Below are positions 28,025 through 38,207 of a stretch of DNA of 64,000 nucleotides, piece by piece; position 1 is the stretch's first letter; every line of letters begins with the position of its first letter. The DNA is from a bacterium. GTDB taxonomy: Bacteria > Eisenbacteria > RBG-16-71-46 > CAIMUX01. The DNA is taken from NCBI GenBank assembly GCA_030431975.1, contig JAUIHP010000024.1, forward strand, positions 5,321 to 69,320. The letters are read 5' to 3'. Position numbers and translations under genes: made by a program. Under the pieces are notes generated by a model that saw only the letters and a program-made list of their open reading frames with translations, was not told the DNA's origin and ran no database searches.

Positions 28025-29098
28025 ATGACTCACATACCTGCACTCGAAGCCGGGGAGCGCCGGGCGCTCCTCGATGTCATCCGTCGAATCTCTCTGCAGC
28101 GGGGTGACTTCACGTTGTCCTCCGGGGCGAAGAGCGATCACTACCTGGACCTTCGCCTGACAACCACCGACCCGGCCGGGGCCCGGCTTTCCGCACGGGC
28201 GCTTCTCGCGGAAGCATCCCGCCTCGGAGTGTCCGTCGTCGGCGGCCCCACGCTGGGAGCCGATCCCATCGTCGGCGCGACCGTTTGCGCCAGCGCCGAT
28301 ACTCCCCATCCGGTCCGCGGCTTTCTCGTTCGGGCCGCCGCCAAGGCGCACGGCATGGGAAAACAGGTCGAGGGCCATCTCTCGAAAGGCGACCGGGTCA
28401 TCATTCTCGATGACGTCGTGACCTCAGCCGGATCCATGATCAAGGCCGTCGATGCGGTTCGAGAAGCCGGCGGCATCGTCGAAAGCGCCTTCTGTCTGGT
28501 CGACCGAAACGGTGGTGGACGGGAACGTCTTGCCGAGATCGGACTGCCCCTGACCGCCGTCTTCCATCTCGAGGAGGTCCTGGCGGAGGACGACGGCTGT
28601 TCGACCGATTCCGCGGCCGGGATAGGGACGACTACCTCGCCCGCTGCTACCTCGCCCCCAGGCTCCGGCGACAACTGGCCGCCTCGAACCCCCCGGGTCA
28701 CGGTCGACGCCCTGCTCGAGTTGGTCCCCGGTCACGTGCTGCTCATCGAGCGGAAGTATGAGCCCCACGGCTGGGCCCTCCCCGGTGGGTTCGTCAACGA
28801 AGGCGAAAGCCTGGAAGACGCCCTGGCGCGGGAAGTACGCGAGGAGACCGGACTCCGCATCGAAAAGTCGGTCCAACTGCACACCTACTCCGATCCCGAT
28901 CGCGACCCCCGTTTCCCGACGGTCAGTTGCGTGCAGGTCGCCGTTGCGCACGGAGACTTCCGGGCGGGTGATGACGCGGCCAACGGACGCCTCGTTCCCT
29001 TGGACGACCTGCCCGACGATCTGGTTTTCGATCACAGGCAGATCATCGAGGATTTCCGCGAAGGTCGATTTGGTGTGTCACCGGGACATCTTCACTAG
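28025..29098 (+). CDS. pyrE: Orotate phosphoribosyltransferase fused to a NUDIX hydrolase
   Basis: GDFTLSSGAKSDHYLDLR and IILDDVVTSAGS (PRPP motif), then a linker, then the Nudix box GGFVNEGESLEDALAREVREETGL, RDPR and FDH. Start ATG 28025. Confidence 0.88.
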   Translation: MTHIPALEAGERRALLDVIRRISLQRGDFTLSSGAKSDHYLDLRLTTTDPAGARLSARALLAEASRLGVSVVGGPTLGADPIVGATVCASADTPHPVRGFLVRAAAKAHGMGKQVEGHLSKGDRVIILDDVVTSAGSMIKAVDAVREAGGIVESAFCLVDRNGGGRERLAEIGLPLTAVFHLEEVLAEDDGCSTDSAAGIGTTTSPAATSPPGSGDNWPPRTPRVTVDALLELVPGHVLLIERKYEPHGWALPGGFVNEGESLEDALAREVREETGLRIEKSVQLHTYSDPDRDPRFPTVSCVQVAVAHGDFRAGDDAANGRLVPLDDLPDDLVFDHRQIIEDFREGRFGVSPGHLH

Positions 29099-29226
29099 AA
29101 CCGGGGATCGACCCGTTTTGTTCGACCCGTTTGTTCGAACCGCTACCCGACGGATTCTCTTACCACTCCCCCTATCCGACTGCTAGACTCCGCTCTAGCC
29201 AGCCGGGGACAGGAAGGAAGCGTTTG

Positions 29227-32200
29227 ATGTTGCCTCTCCATGAGCCGTCCTCGTATGCCCCCAGCAACCGGAATCTGGCATCCGGCCCCACGCGGCGCCG
29301 ATTCGATCTCGTACTGCTGGCTCCCCTTTTCTCTCTTCTCCTTCTCGCCATCACAGGCACGGGGTCGTTCGGGCAGTACGAAGAGCGCTTGGTCAACGAC
29401 GACTTCTTCGGCGAGGAGAATCGGGTCGACCCCTACCCTGTGCGGCTGACCGATGGATCGATCCTGGTCCTGTGGTCTGACAACGGCCGCGGACACACGG
29501 ACGTACTCGCCCGGCGCTTCGACGCCGAGATGGAGCCTTTGGGTGAGGCCTACCGACTGAACAGCGGCGAGGGGCTCTTCTTCCACCGCAACGTGCGAGT
29601 CGCCGGCCCGGCGGCCAACGTCATTCTCGCGACGTGGGAAACCAATCGCGGCGGCACGACGACCGTCCGTGGCATTCGGCTGTCCGCAGATACGGGTCAA
29701 CCGCTCGGCACGGACTTCCGTATCGACGAGGACCTGGGGGTCGGAAGCATCCAGGACTCGGACCTCCATATGGCGAGCGACGGAACGGCCCTGGTCGTTT
29801 GGACCGAGCGCATTCTTTCCAAGCAGCGGGTTATCGCGCGAAGGATCGCGGCGGACGGGTCGCTCTTTCCCAGTTTCCAGGCCCATCCGGCCTCAGGTCC
29901 GCAGGACCAACACCAACCCTCCGCCACGCGACTCCCCGACGGGCGATGGATGGTCGCCTGGGCAGAGGAAGACGAGAGTCGGGACTGGGACGTATTCGCG
30001 CGGATGCTCTCGCTCAGTGGAGATCTCATCGGTGACGCTTTCCAGATGAACTCGGATCTCTTCCTCGCCGGGATTCAATGGGAACCCGACCTCGCGGTCA
30101 TTGGATCCCGGGTACTCGCAGTCTGGGGAGACGGCCGCGAGGGTCCGATCGACATCTGGGGACGTTGGTACGAGTTCTCCGGTGACCCGGACGGAGCCGA
30201 GTTCTCCATGAGGACGAATCCGGACACCGCACCGGACAGTGAGCCGGTGATCACGCCCGGTCCCGACGGTTTCGCCGTCAGCTGGTTCGGCGGCGTCGAC
30301 GACCGTCAGCGAAGTCTCGTCCGCTACTTCGACAATGAGGCCGTCGGTGTCTTGCCGGCGCGCGCACTCGACGACCCTGCCAGCGGGATCCTGCAGCGGA
30401 ACGGACAGGTCCTGCCCAATGACGACGGTACATGGATCGAGTTTTGGAGCGACGACCGAACCGCGGTTTACAACACCTACTGGAGACAGTTCGATCCCCA
30501 GAGCGAAGTCGCCGGAGACATCGGCACCCTGTGGGAACTCGCCACCTCTTCGAGTCAGGTCTACGCCGACATTGCGCTGTTCCCGAACGGAGAAGCGATC
30601 GTGGTCTGGGGAGAGCTTCAGTTCGGTGACCTCAGCATCGTCGGCCGCTTTCTCGATACCGAGGGTGTTCCCGTCGGCTCCAGCTTTCAGATCAGTTCGA
30701 TCCCGGCCAACGCCGACTTCACGACGCTCGACTCCTACGAGGTCATCCAGGACTACGCGCCCCATGTCGCGGCCAACGAGAATGGGTTCGTCGTCACCTG
30801 GACCATCAATCAGCTGGGTGGGCGCCTCAACGCCTGGGCTCAGTACTTTGACCGGGACGGCGACCCGATCGGCGGTAACTTCGGAGTCGCTCCGAACGAC
30901 CAGACGCTCCACCAGACCTCGCCCCGCCCCGCCATGCTCAACAATGGCGGCTTCGCGATCAGCTTCCTGCTGAACGACGAAGTGTACGTTCAGTACTACG
31001 GAACGGACGGGCTACCGACGGGACCCCGAATCGGATGCGTCGACAGCGAGGGCACGTTCGCCTCTCAGCTTCGACCGGATATCGCCGTCTCGCCCTTTGA
31101 CGAGGTCATGATCACCTGGCTCGACCAGCGTAACGGCGGTTGGGACGCCTACAGCCAGAGGTTCACGCCGGGGCAGGAACCGGTTCGGTGCCGATTCGAG
31201 GAGCTGCCTTTCTGCAACACGATTCTCCACGGAGAGGACGCGTCGTTCTCAAACCAGGATGGCGTTGCCGTGGCCTACGGCTCGGATCGAACGATCACGG
31301 TGTTCGAGACCCAACCCGGCACCGAAGGCGCGATCGACTGTCGACTCGAAGTCTTCCCGTCCCTGGTTCGCGGCGAGGGGTCGGAAGGGACTGAGACCGT
31401 GGGTGGATCCCAGATCACGTTCTTCCGACTCAATCGCGGCTTCGAAACTCCCGGCCGCAAGTATCCTCAGGTCGCCGTGGCGCCAAACGGCCGCTTCATC
31501 ATCACCTGGTGGGACAATCACGACGGCAACACGCAGATGCTGGCACAGAAGTACTCCGCAGACGGAGTGGCTGACGGGAAGCCCTTCCCCATCCACGGGA
31601 ACGACATCGATGGAAGCCGCTTTGCTCCACGAGTCGTCGTGGACAACGAGCGCGTTCACTTTGTCTGGACCGATTCCCGCCGCGCCAAGGGCTGGGACGT
31701 ACGCTCGCGGCGGGTCGACTGGAACTTTGCCGGAGCGCCGACCCCTGTTCTGCTTCGTCACTGGGACGGTGTCGCTCGCGCGGAAGGCGGAGTCGAGCTG
31801 ACGTGGAGCACGGCGTCGGAACTCGGGTTCGCGGGGTTCCATGTCTATCGGGAAATCGCCGGAGAGGACCCTCATTCGCAACGCAGCCCCAGTGATCAGG
31901 CCGTTCGCACCAATGAAGGCCTGGTACGCTCGACGACCGGAGTCTACGGGCACATCGATACGTCGGCACCGGAAGAGGAACGTCTCGCGTACTTCCTCGA
32001 GGCTGTCGACCTCGATGGCCGAACCGAGTTTTTCGGACCGCTGGTGGTGCGTTCCGGGGCCGCCCCCGCGCCGGCTCTGGTACTGCCGAATCCGTTCCGT
32101 GATCAGGTCAGGCTCATGCTGTCTACGTCCGAAGACGCGGGATTCGAGATCTATTCCGCCGCAGGCCGGCGGATTCGAGTCCTCGAGGCCCGAGGGGATG

Positions 32201-32319
32201 AGGCCTTCCTGAGTTGGGATGGAAGGGATGAGGGCGGAGCGTTGATGCCGACGGGGATCTACTTCGCCCGGCCACTCTCAGGGACCGGACCTGCCGTCAA
32301 ACTCGTCCGGGTGGACTGA
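29227..32319 (+). CDS. Large secreted repeat (propeller-like) protein with FN3-like stalk and FlgD/T9SS CTD
   Basis: Signal h-region; repeated Q..P.vA...G.f.vvW...v.arrf...G...G..F.vN units; PVLL..VELTWSTASE stalk; LPNPF...WDGRDEGG..MPTGIYF. Confidence 0.8.
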   Translation: MLPLHEPSSYAPSNRNLASGPTRRRFDLVLLAPLFSLLLLAITGTGSFGQYEERLVNDDFFGEENRVDPYPVRLTDGSILVLWSDNGRGHTDVLARRFDAEMEPLGEAYRLNSGEGLFFHRNVRVAGPAANVILATWETNRGGTTTVRGIRLSADTGQPLGTDFRIDEDLGVGSIQDSDLHMASDGTALVVWTERILSKQRVIARRIAADGSLFPSFQAHPASGPQDQHQPSATRLPDGRWMVAWAEEDESRDWDVFARMLSLSGDLIGDAFQMNSDLFLAGIQWEPDLAVIGSRVLAVWGDGREGPIDIWGRWYEFSGDPDGAEFSMRTNPDTAPDSEPVITPGPDGFAVSWFGGVDDRQRSLVRYFDNEAVGVLPARALDDPASGILQRNGQVLPNDDGTWIEFWSDDRTAVYNTYWRQFDPQSEVAGDIGTLWELATSSSQVYADIALFPNGEAIVVWGELQFGDLSIVGRFLDTEGVPVGSSFQISSIPANADFTTLDSYEVIQDYAPHVAANENGFVVTWTINQLGGRLNAWAQYFDRDGDPIGGNFGVAPNDQTLHQTSPRPAMLNNGGFAISFLLNDEVYVQYYGTDGLPTGPRIGCVDSEGTFASQLRPDIAVSPFDEVMITWLDQRNGGWDAYSQRFTPGQEPVRCRFEELPFCNTILHGEDASFSNQDGVAVAYGSDRTITVFETQPGTEGAIDCRLEVFPSLVRGEGSEGTETVGGSQITFFRLNRGFETPGRKYPQVAVAPNGRFIITWWDNHDGNTQMLAQKYSADGVADGKPFPIHGNDIDGSRFAPRVVVDNERVHFVWTDSRRAKGWDVRSRRVDWNFAGAPTPVLLRHWDGVARAEGGVELTWSTASELGFAGFHVYREIAGEDPHSQRSPSDQAVRTNEGLVRSTTGVYGHIDTSAPEEERLAYFLEAVDLDGRTEFFGPLVVRSGAAPAPALVLPNPFRDQVRLMLSTSEDAGFEIYSAAGRRIRVLEARGDEAFLSWDGRDEGGALMPTGIYFARPLSGTGPAVKLVRVD

Positions 32320-32372
32320 ACCCCGAACGCAAGCGATGGGACAAGGGCCTAGCCAGGCCAAGTAGTCATCAC

Positions 32373-32400
32373 GAAGGCGGCGCCACTCGGGGCCGCCTTT
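32373..32400. terminator. Possible terminator hairpin between convergent genes
   Basis: GAAGGCGGC...GCCGCCTTT inverted repeat. Confidence 0.35.
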
Positions 32401-32466
32401 CGAAAACGTCGCCGTCGCTGCCAAAGGCTCATTCGCTTCGGCAGCGGCTGGTCGACTTGCTGGAGT

Positions 32467-33057
32467 CTAGAGCTTGCGCAACACTCCAACGACCCGTCCC
32501 GCCAGGCGGAAGTTCGGGTCATTGGCGACGCGAATCGGCTCATAGGCTTCATTCGCCGGGCGCAGCTCCACGCCTTTCGGGCTCTTGTGGAAGTACTTCA
32601 CCGTGACGCTCTGGTCTTCCCCAACGACGGCGACGACCATGTCCCCCTCGTTTGCGGTCTCCCGCGGCTCGACGATGACGAAGTCGTCTTCGAAGATTCC
32701 GGCCTCGATCATGCTGTCGCCCTGCACCTTCACGGCGAAGGTTTCGGAGCCGAGGTCTTCGAGACGCAGTTCGCCGTCGTAGTTCGCTTCCGCGGCGAGG
32801 GGAGAACCGGCCTGGACCATCCCGAGAATGGCGACGCCCTTCTTCTCCCGGTATGAGTCGGGAACGTTCAACTGGCGACCGTCCCGAATGAGGAATCCCT
32901 TCTCCTCCAGCGCCTTCAGATGCTGGGCGACCGTGGCCACGGACCGGAGCTGGAATCGACGACCGATCTCGCGGTAGGACGGGAAACGCCCGGGATTCTC
33001 GACCCGTTCCCGGATGTACTCAAAGATGGCTCGTTGTTTGGCAGTCAGATCCTTCAC
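32467..33057 (-). CDS. lexA: SOS repressor LexA
   Basis: LTAKQ..IFEYI; PSYREIG..LRSVATV..HLKALEEKG HTH; QAGSP cleavage site; VQGDSM (Ser) and TVK (Lys). GGAGG lies 5 nt before GTG 33057. Confidence 0.96.
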   Translation of the reverse strand: MKDLTAKQRAIFEYIRERVENPGRFPSYREIGRRFQLRSVATVAQHLKALEEKGFLIRDGRQLNVPDSYREKKGVAILGMVQAGSPLAAEANYDGELRLEDLGSETFAVKVQGDSMIEAGIFEDDFVIVEPRETANEGDMVVAVVGEDQSVTVKYFHKSPKGVELRPANEAYEPIRVANDPNFRLAGRVVGVLRKL

Positions 33058-33239
33058 GACAGCCTCCGCTTTTCGTTGGTCCAAAAAAGGGGTGTTGGCC
33101 CGGGCCGGACCACCATCAGGGGAATGGAGCCCGCCCGGACGATCACCTTCGCTCTGTCGACCCTCTGCTTTCTGGCGGAAAGGAGGGCGGATCACCGAAG
33201 GACTGCGAGGGGTAACGCGTTTCCATCGGCGACAAAGGA

Positions 33240-33284
33240 AAGTTACCGAACACGCGTTCGAACCGTCAACCGAAAAAACGTTCG
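33240..33284 (-). promoter_or_regulatory. lexA promoter with two LexA boxes
   Basis: Minus strand TTGACG (33269-33264)-18 nt-TAACTT (33245-33240). CGAAC-ACGC-GTTCG at 33247-33260 lies in the spacer; CGAAA-AAAC-GTTCG is at 33271-33284. Confidence 0.85.
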
Positions 33285-33285
33285 A

Positions 33286-34428
33286 CTACGAAAAAACTCC
33301 GGAGGCCCGCTCGGCGTGGTAGGAACTGCGCACGAGGGGCCCGCTCTCGACGTGCTTGAACCCCATCTCGCGGGCAAGTTCGCCCAGGCGGTCGAAGTCG
33401 CGCGGATGGACGAACCGCTCGACGGGAAGGTGAGACTTCGTCGGCTGCAGGTACTGGCCAAGGGTCACGATGTCGCAGTCGATCGCTCTCAGATCGCGCA
33501 GGACCTCCACGATCTCCTCGTCCGTCTCCCCAAGTCCGACCATCAAGCTCGACTTCGTGATCGCGCCGCGGGACTTGGCATGTTCCAGGACCCAGAGACT
33601 GCGTTCGTACTGCGCCTGCGGACGCACTTTCTTGTGCAACCGCGGCACCGTCTCGCAGTTGTGAGCGAGAATGTCGGGCTGCGCTTCCAAAACGCGATCG
33701 AGGTTCGCTTCGCTGCCTTTGAAATCGGGAATCAAAACTTCGATCCGAAGTTCCGGGCTTCGCCGACGAACCGCACGGACCGTCTCCGCCCAAATGACGG
33801 AGCCGCCGTCGTCACGTTCATCGCGATCGACGGAAGTGATGACGACATGGACAAGCTTCATCGATGCGATCGCCTCGGCCACGCGTTCGGGTTCCGCCTC
33901 GTCGTACTCCGGCGGACGGCCTGTGTAGACGGCGCAGAATCCGCAAGAGCGGGTGCAGACGTTCCCCAGGATCATGAAGGTGGCCGTACCGGCCGACCAG
34001 CACTCTCCAATGTTGGGACAGTTCGCACTCTCGCAAACCGTGTGTAGTTCGTTGCGGTTGACGATGCCGCGCGTCTTCGCGAACTGAGCGGTTTGCGGCA
34101 ACTGAACGCGCAGCCACTCGGGACGCCGCTTCGGGCGTTCGCGAGTCGCCGCCGTCGCGGTCGCCGCGGTCGCCGCGGTCGCGGTCGCGGTCGCCGAAAC
34201 CGCTTCCACCGATGAACCGTCCACCGAGGATGAATCCGGCGGGAAGGCTCCCCCTCCCCCGCAAGGCGGAGGCGTAGGCGGAACCGTCCACTCGAGACTC
34301 ACCCCGTCCAAAGCATCGACCTCGGCGGCACCGGCTTCACTTCGGTCACGGCCGTCGCAGGCGGAGTCCGTCCGGTCACCGGCAAGGTCCGGCCGGTCGC
34401 TGACCAGGTCCGGCCGGCCGCTGCCCAC
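33286..34428 (-). CDS. lipA: Lipoyl synthase (with low-complexity N-terminal extension)
   Basis: RRPEWLRV; CESANCPNIGEC; CTRSCGFC radical SAM motif; GPLVRSSYHA. Start uncertain. Confidence 0.96.
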   Translation of the reverse strand: MGSGRPDLVSDRPDLAGDRTDSACDGRDRSEAGAAEVDALDGVSLEWTVPPTPPPCGGGGAFPPDSSSVDGSSVEAVSATATATAATAATATAATRERPKRRPEWLRVQLPQTAQFAKTRGIVNRNELHTVCESANCPNIGECWSAGTATFMILGNVCTRSCGFCAVYTGRPPEYDEAEPERVAEAIASMKLVHVVITSVDRDERDDGGSVIWAETVRAVRRRSPELRIEVLIPDFKGSEANLDRVLEAQPDILAHNCETVPRLHKKVRPQAQYERSLWVLEHAKSRGAITKSSLMVGLGETDEEIVEVLRDLRAIDCDIVTLGQYLQPTKSHLPVERFVHPRDFDRLGELAREMGFKHVESGPLVRSSYHAERASGVFS

Positions 34429-34497
34429 GTCCGTCCGGTTGCTGGCGAGGTCGGTCCGTTCGCCGGCGAGGTCGCGTCGCTCGCCGGCGAGTTCGGG
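34351..34497. repeat. 21-bp degenerate tandem repeat, about 7 copies
   Basis: In the lipA frame it reads PELAGER/RDLAGER/TDLASNR/TDVGSGR/PDLVSDR/PDLAGDR/TDSACDG. Confidence 0.8.
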
Positions 34498-34501
34498 CTG
34501 T

Positions 34502-35980
34502 TTAGATCGATCCGAGATCGAAGTTCTCCAGGTAGTGGCGGACCCGCTGGATGAAGAGACCTCCCAGCTTGCCGTCGATGTGACGGTGATCGTAGGAGAG
34601 ACTCAGGTACATGATGTCACGCACCGCGATGGCGTCACCGACCACGACCGGACGCTTGATGATCGCGCCCACGCCGAGAATGGCCGACTGCGGCTGGTTG
34701 ATAATGGGAATTCCGAAGAGGTTTCCGAAGCTTCCCATGTTCGTCACGGTAAACGTTCCGCCCGCGACCTCATCCGGCTTGAGCTGCTTTCCGCGAGCCC
34801 GCTTCGCCAGATCGTCGATGGAGCGTCCGAGGCCACGGAAGTTCATCTCTTCCGAATGCTTGATCACCGGAACGATGAGGCCGCTCTCGAGCGCCACGGC
34901 GACGCCCATGTTGATATAGCGCTTGAGCAGGATTTGCCCGTTCTCGATCGTCGAGTTGACCATCGGATAGTCGAGCAACGCCCGCACCGCCGCCTGCACG
35001 ATGAATGGCGTGTAGGTGAGTTTGAATCCGGTCTCGGATTGGAACGCCTTCTTCGACGCCTCACGGAAGCGGACGATCTGCGTCATGTCGACCTCGGTCA
35101 CCGACGCCACGTGCGGAGACGTCGCCTTCGACTTGACCATGTGATCGGCAATCAGCGTACGCATCCGGTCCATTTGCACGACCTCGACGCGGCCTTCCGG
35201 CGTGTCGAGAGTCTGGTCCGGCGTGTAGACGGGATAGGGTTCGGCCTCGGCGCGACTCGGGGCCGCGGGAGCCACATACATCGGCAGAGCGGACGCCGGC
35301 TGAGCCATGGGCGGGAGCGGCGCACCGGCTGCGGGCGCCGCGGCAGCCGCAGGAGCGCCTGCACCGGATGACGCTGCCGCCGGAGCCGATCCACGCTGCT
35401 GCAGATAGCCGAGAACATCGTCCTTGGTCACGCGGCCACCCCGTCCGGATCCGGACAGAGACTCCAGTTCTTGCAGGGAAACGCCCTCTTCGCGGGCGAT
35501 GGAACGAACGAGGGGCGAGTAGAAATTGTCGCCGACCTTACGGGGAATCTCGCCACCGTTGGCCGCCGGGGATGAATACTGACTCGATGCGGAGGCATAG
35601 GCGGGCGCGGATGACGCCGGAGCGGCTTGCGGACTGGCCGGAGCCGGTGTGGCCGGCGCGGCGGGCGCGGGCTTCTCGGCAGGTTTCTCCGCCGGTTCCG
35701 AAGGCGCCGACGCGGGCTCGGCAGAGGCAGAGGCCCCAGCCTCGGTTTCGATCACGGCCACGACATCACCGACCGGAACCACGTCGCCCTCATTCGCCTT
35801 GAGTTCGACGATCACGCCACTGGCCGGGGACGGAATCTCCGAGTCGACCTTGTCCGTCGAGATCTCGAGAATGTTCTCGTCCTTCTCCACGGAGTCACCG
35901 ACTCCCTTCAGCCATTTCAGGACCGTGCCCTCGGCGATGCTTTCCCCCATCTGGGGCATGACCATATCCATCTTCGCCAC
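34502..35980 (-). CDS. 2-oxoacid dehydrogenase E2 (dihydrolipoamide acyltransferase)
   Basis: MPQMGESIAEG, EISTDKVDSE lipoyl site, E3-binding SPLVR..GSGRGGRVTK and catalytic SYDHRHIDG. Confidence 0.95.
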   Translation of the reverse strand: MAKMDMVMPQMGESIAEGTVLKWLKGVGDSVEKDENILEISTDKVDSEIPSPASGVIVELKANEGDVVPVGDVVAVIETEAGASASAEPASAPSEPAEKPAEKPAPAAPATPAPASPQAAPASSAPAYASASSQYSSPAANGGEIPRKVGDNFYSPLVRSIAREEGVSLQELESLSGSGRGGRVTKDDVLGYLQQRGSAPAAASSGAGAPAAAAAPAAGAPLPPMAQPASALPMYVAPAAPSRAEAEPYPVYTPDQTLDTPEGRVEVVQMDRMRTLIADHMVKSKATSPHVASVTEVDMTQIVRFREASKKAFQSETGFKLTYTPFIVQAAVRALLDYPMVNSTIENGQILLKRYINMGVAVALESGLIVPVIKHSEEMNFRGLGRSIDDLAKRARGKQLKPDEVAGGTFTVTNMGSFGNLFGIPIINQPQSAILGVGAIIKRPVVVGDAIAVRDIMYLSLSYDHRHIDGKLGGLFIQRVRHYLENFDLGSI

Positions 35981-36137
35981 TTCGTAAGCCTCCCGAGCGC
36001 GTTGGCGCTCCTCTCGATCCGATTCGGAAACGACGCAGTCGCGTCCTTCCCTTCTTCAATGCCGTGCGCGGCCATCCGTGTCAAATCACCGGGACGATCA
36101 CGCCTGTTCTGGAATCGTGTCTAGCTGGCTGCGTTCC

Positions 36138-38207
36138 TCAATAGGCGGCCAGATCCGAGATCGCCGCGAAGACGTGACCGTCCTGCGGAAGAATCTCCGC
36201 CTCGAGAAACCAGTTGTACGGAATCGGCGTGTTCGCGCCGCCAAGGCGGCGGACCGGCGCATCCAGATACTCGAAAGCATGCTCGGTGATCTGCGCGGCC
36301 ACCTCGCTGCCGAATCCACCGAAGAGCACGTCCTCGTGAGCCACCAGCGCCTTCCCGGTCTTGCGCACGCTCTCGACGACGGTCTCGGTATCGAAGGGAA
36401 CCATGGTCCGGATGTCGATGACCTCGGTGGAAATCCCCTTCTCCTTCTGCAAACGGTCGGCCGCATCGAGGGATTTCTTGACGAGTGCCCCCCAAGTCAC
36501 GACCGTCAGGTCCTCACCCTGCCGCACCACCCGTGCCTTACCCCAAGGGAGCAGGAAGTCCGCGTCCGGCTCCGGGGTGGCCGCGTGCATCTGGCGGTAC
36601 AGGCCCTTGTGCTCCAGGAAGAGATACGGATCGTCGCCCCGAATGGCGGCCTTCAGCAGCCCCTTTGCGTCCGATGCGTTGGACGGGTAGGCGACGTAGA
36701 GCCCGGGAAAGTGCGCGAACGTCGCTTCGATGTTCTGGCTGTGATAGAGCGCACCGTGGATGTACCCGCCGACGGGTATACGGGCCACGAACGGGCAGGT
36801 CCAGTTTCCGTCCGAGCGATAGCGCATCGTCGCCATCTCGTTTCGGATCTGCATCATCGCCGTCCAGACATAGTCACCGAACTGAATCTCGACGACCGGC
36901 TTGTACCCTTTGCAGGCCATTCCGATCGCGGTCCCGATGATGGAGGACTCGGCCAGAGGCGAGTTGAAGACCCGCTCTTCACCGTACTTGTTCGTGAGGC
37001 CGCGAGTCGCGGTAAATACACCGCCCTTGTTGTCCTGAATGTCCTGCCCGTAGACGACGATCTTCGGGTTCCGCTCCATCTCTTCGTCCATGGCGTGATT
37101 GACCGCGTCGACGAGGACGATGGAGTCGGCAATCGTGCTCTTTGGCTCGAGCGAAGCGCCGGCAGGCGGTTCGTAGCTTTCGCCGGAGTAGACATGATGC
37201 TTTGCCGTCGACGCATCCGGATACGGAACCGCTTCTGCTTCTTCCGCGGTCTCGTCGACTTCCTTCTTCACTTCCGCGCGAATCTTCTCGAGATCGTCTT
37301 TGCTGTAGATCCCGCGCTTGACCAGTTCAGCTTCCAACTGCGGAATCGGATCGCGCTCTTTGTCGGCTTCGAGTTCATCGGTCGTCCGGTACTTGGCCTG
37401 GTTGTCCGACGAGGAATGCGGTAGCAGACGAACGACATCGGCCACGATGACCGTCGGGCCGTCGCCTTTCCGAGCCCGTTCGACGGCTCGTTCGGCCGCT
37501 TCGAACGACTCGACCATATTGGTTCCATCGACCTCGACACGCTCGAGGCCCTCGTAGCCCGCGCACATGTCAAAGACCGACTCGCCCGCAGTCTGCTGTT
37601 CCTTGGGAACGGAGATCGCGTAGTCGTTGTCCTCGATGAGAAAGATGACCGGAGCCTTCTCGCGTGCCGCCCAGTTCAGAGCTTCGTGAAAGTCTCCCTG
37701 ACTGGTCGTCCCTTCTCCCGAGGAGACCATGACGACCTCGTCACTGCCTTCCCGTCGAATGGCCAGACCGGTTCCGACTGCTTGCAGATACTGCGTTCCG
37801 GTCGGACTCGATTGAGAGACGATCCGCAGATCCTTGTGACCGAAGTGCGAAGGCATCTGGCGTCCGCCGGAGTTCGGGTCACCTTCTTTCGAAAGGAAGC
37901 AAAGCAGCAACTCCTTCGCCGTCATTCCGAACTGAATGCAAAAGGACATTCCGCGATAGTAGGGATACGCCCAGTCCTTCCCCGATTCCATGTTCGCGGC
38001 GAGAGCGATCTGCATCGCCTCGTGACCGGAAGCTCCGATGTGGAAGAAGCTCTTTCCCTGTTTGAGAAGAATCATCATCTTCTCGTCCAGCCTGCGGGTC
38101 AGCAGCATGTTCCGGTACATCTCCTTGAGAAGATCATCCGACAACTTCGACTTCCCCTTTCCCTTCTTCTTCCCCGGCGCCGTCTTTACGGCCGACTTCG
38201 CATTCAC
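36138..38207 (-). CDS. Fused E1 alpha/beta subunit, probably branched-chain 2-oxoacid dehydrogenase
   Basis: GHEA, GRQMPSH, TPP motif GEGTTSQGDFHEALN, FNSPLAES, GALYHSQ, FLEHK. Confidence 0.93.
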   Translation of the reverse strand: MNAKSAVKTAPGKKKGKGKSKLSDDLLKEMYRNMLLTRRLDEKMMILLKQGKSFFHIGASGHEAMQIALAANMESGKDWAYPYYRGMSFCIQFGMTAKELLLCFLSKEGDPNSGGRQMPSHFGHKDLRIVSQSSPTGTQYLQAVGTGLAIRREGSDEVVMVSSGEGTTSQGDFHEALNWAAREKAPVIFLIEDNDYAISVPKEQQTAGESVFDMCAGYEGLERVEVDGTNMVESFEAAERAVERARKGDGPTVIVADVVRLLPHSSSDNQAKYRTTDELEADKERDPIPQLEAELVKRGIYSKDDLEKIRAEVKKEVDETAEEAEAVPYPDASTAKHHVYSGESYEPPAGASLEPKSTIADSIVLVDAVNHAMDEEMERNPKIVVYGQDIQDNKGGVFTATRGLTNKYGEERVFNSPLAESSIIGTAIGMACKGYKPVVEIQFGDYVWTAMMQIRNEMATMRYRSDGNWTCPFVARIPVGGYIHGALYHSQNIEATFAHFPGLYVAYPSNASDAKGLLKAAIRGDDPYLFLEHKGLYRQMHAATPEPDADFLLPWGKARVVRQGEDLTVVTWGALVKKSLDAADRLQKEKGISTEVIDIRTMVPFDTETVVESVRKTGKALVAHEDVLFGGFGSEVAAQITEHAFEYLDAPVRRLGGANTPIPYNWFLEAEILPQDGHVFAAISDLAAY

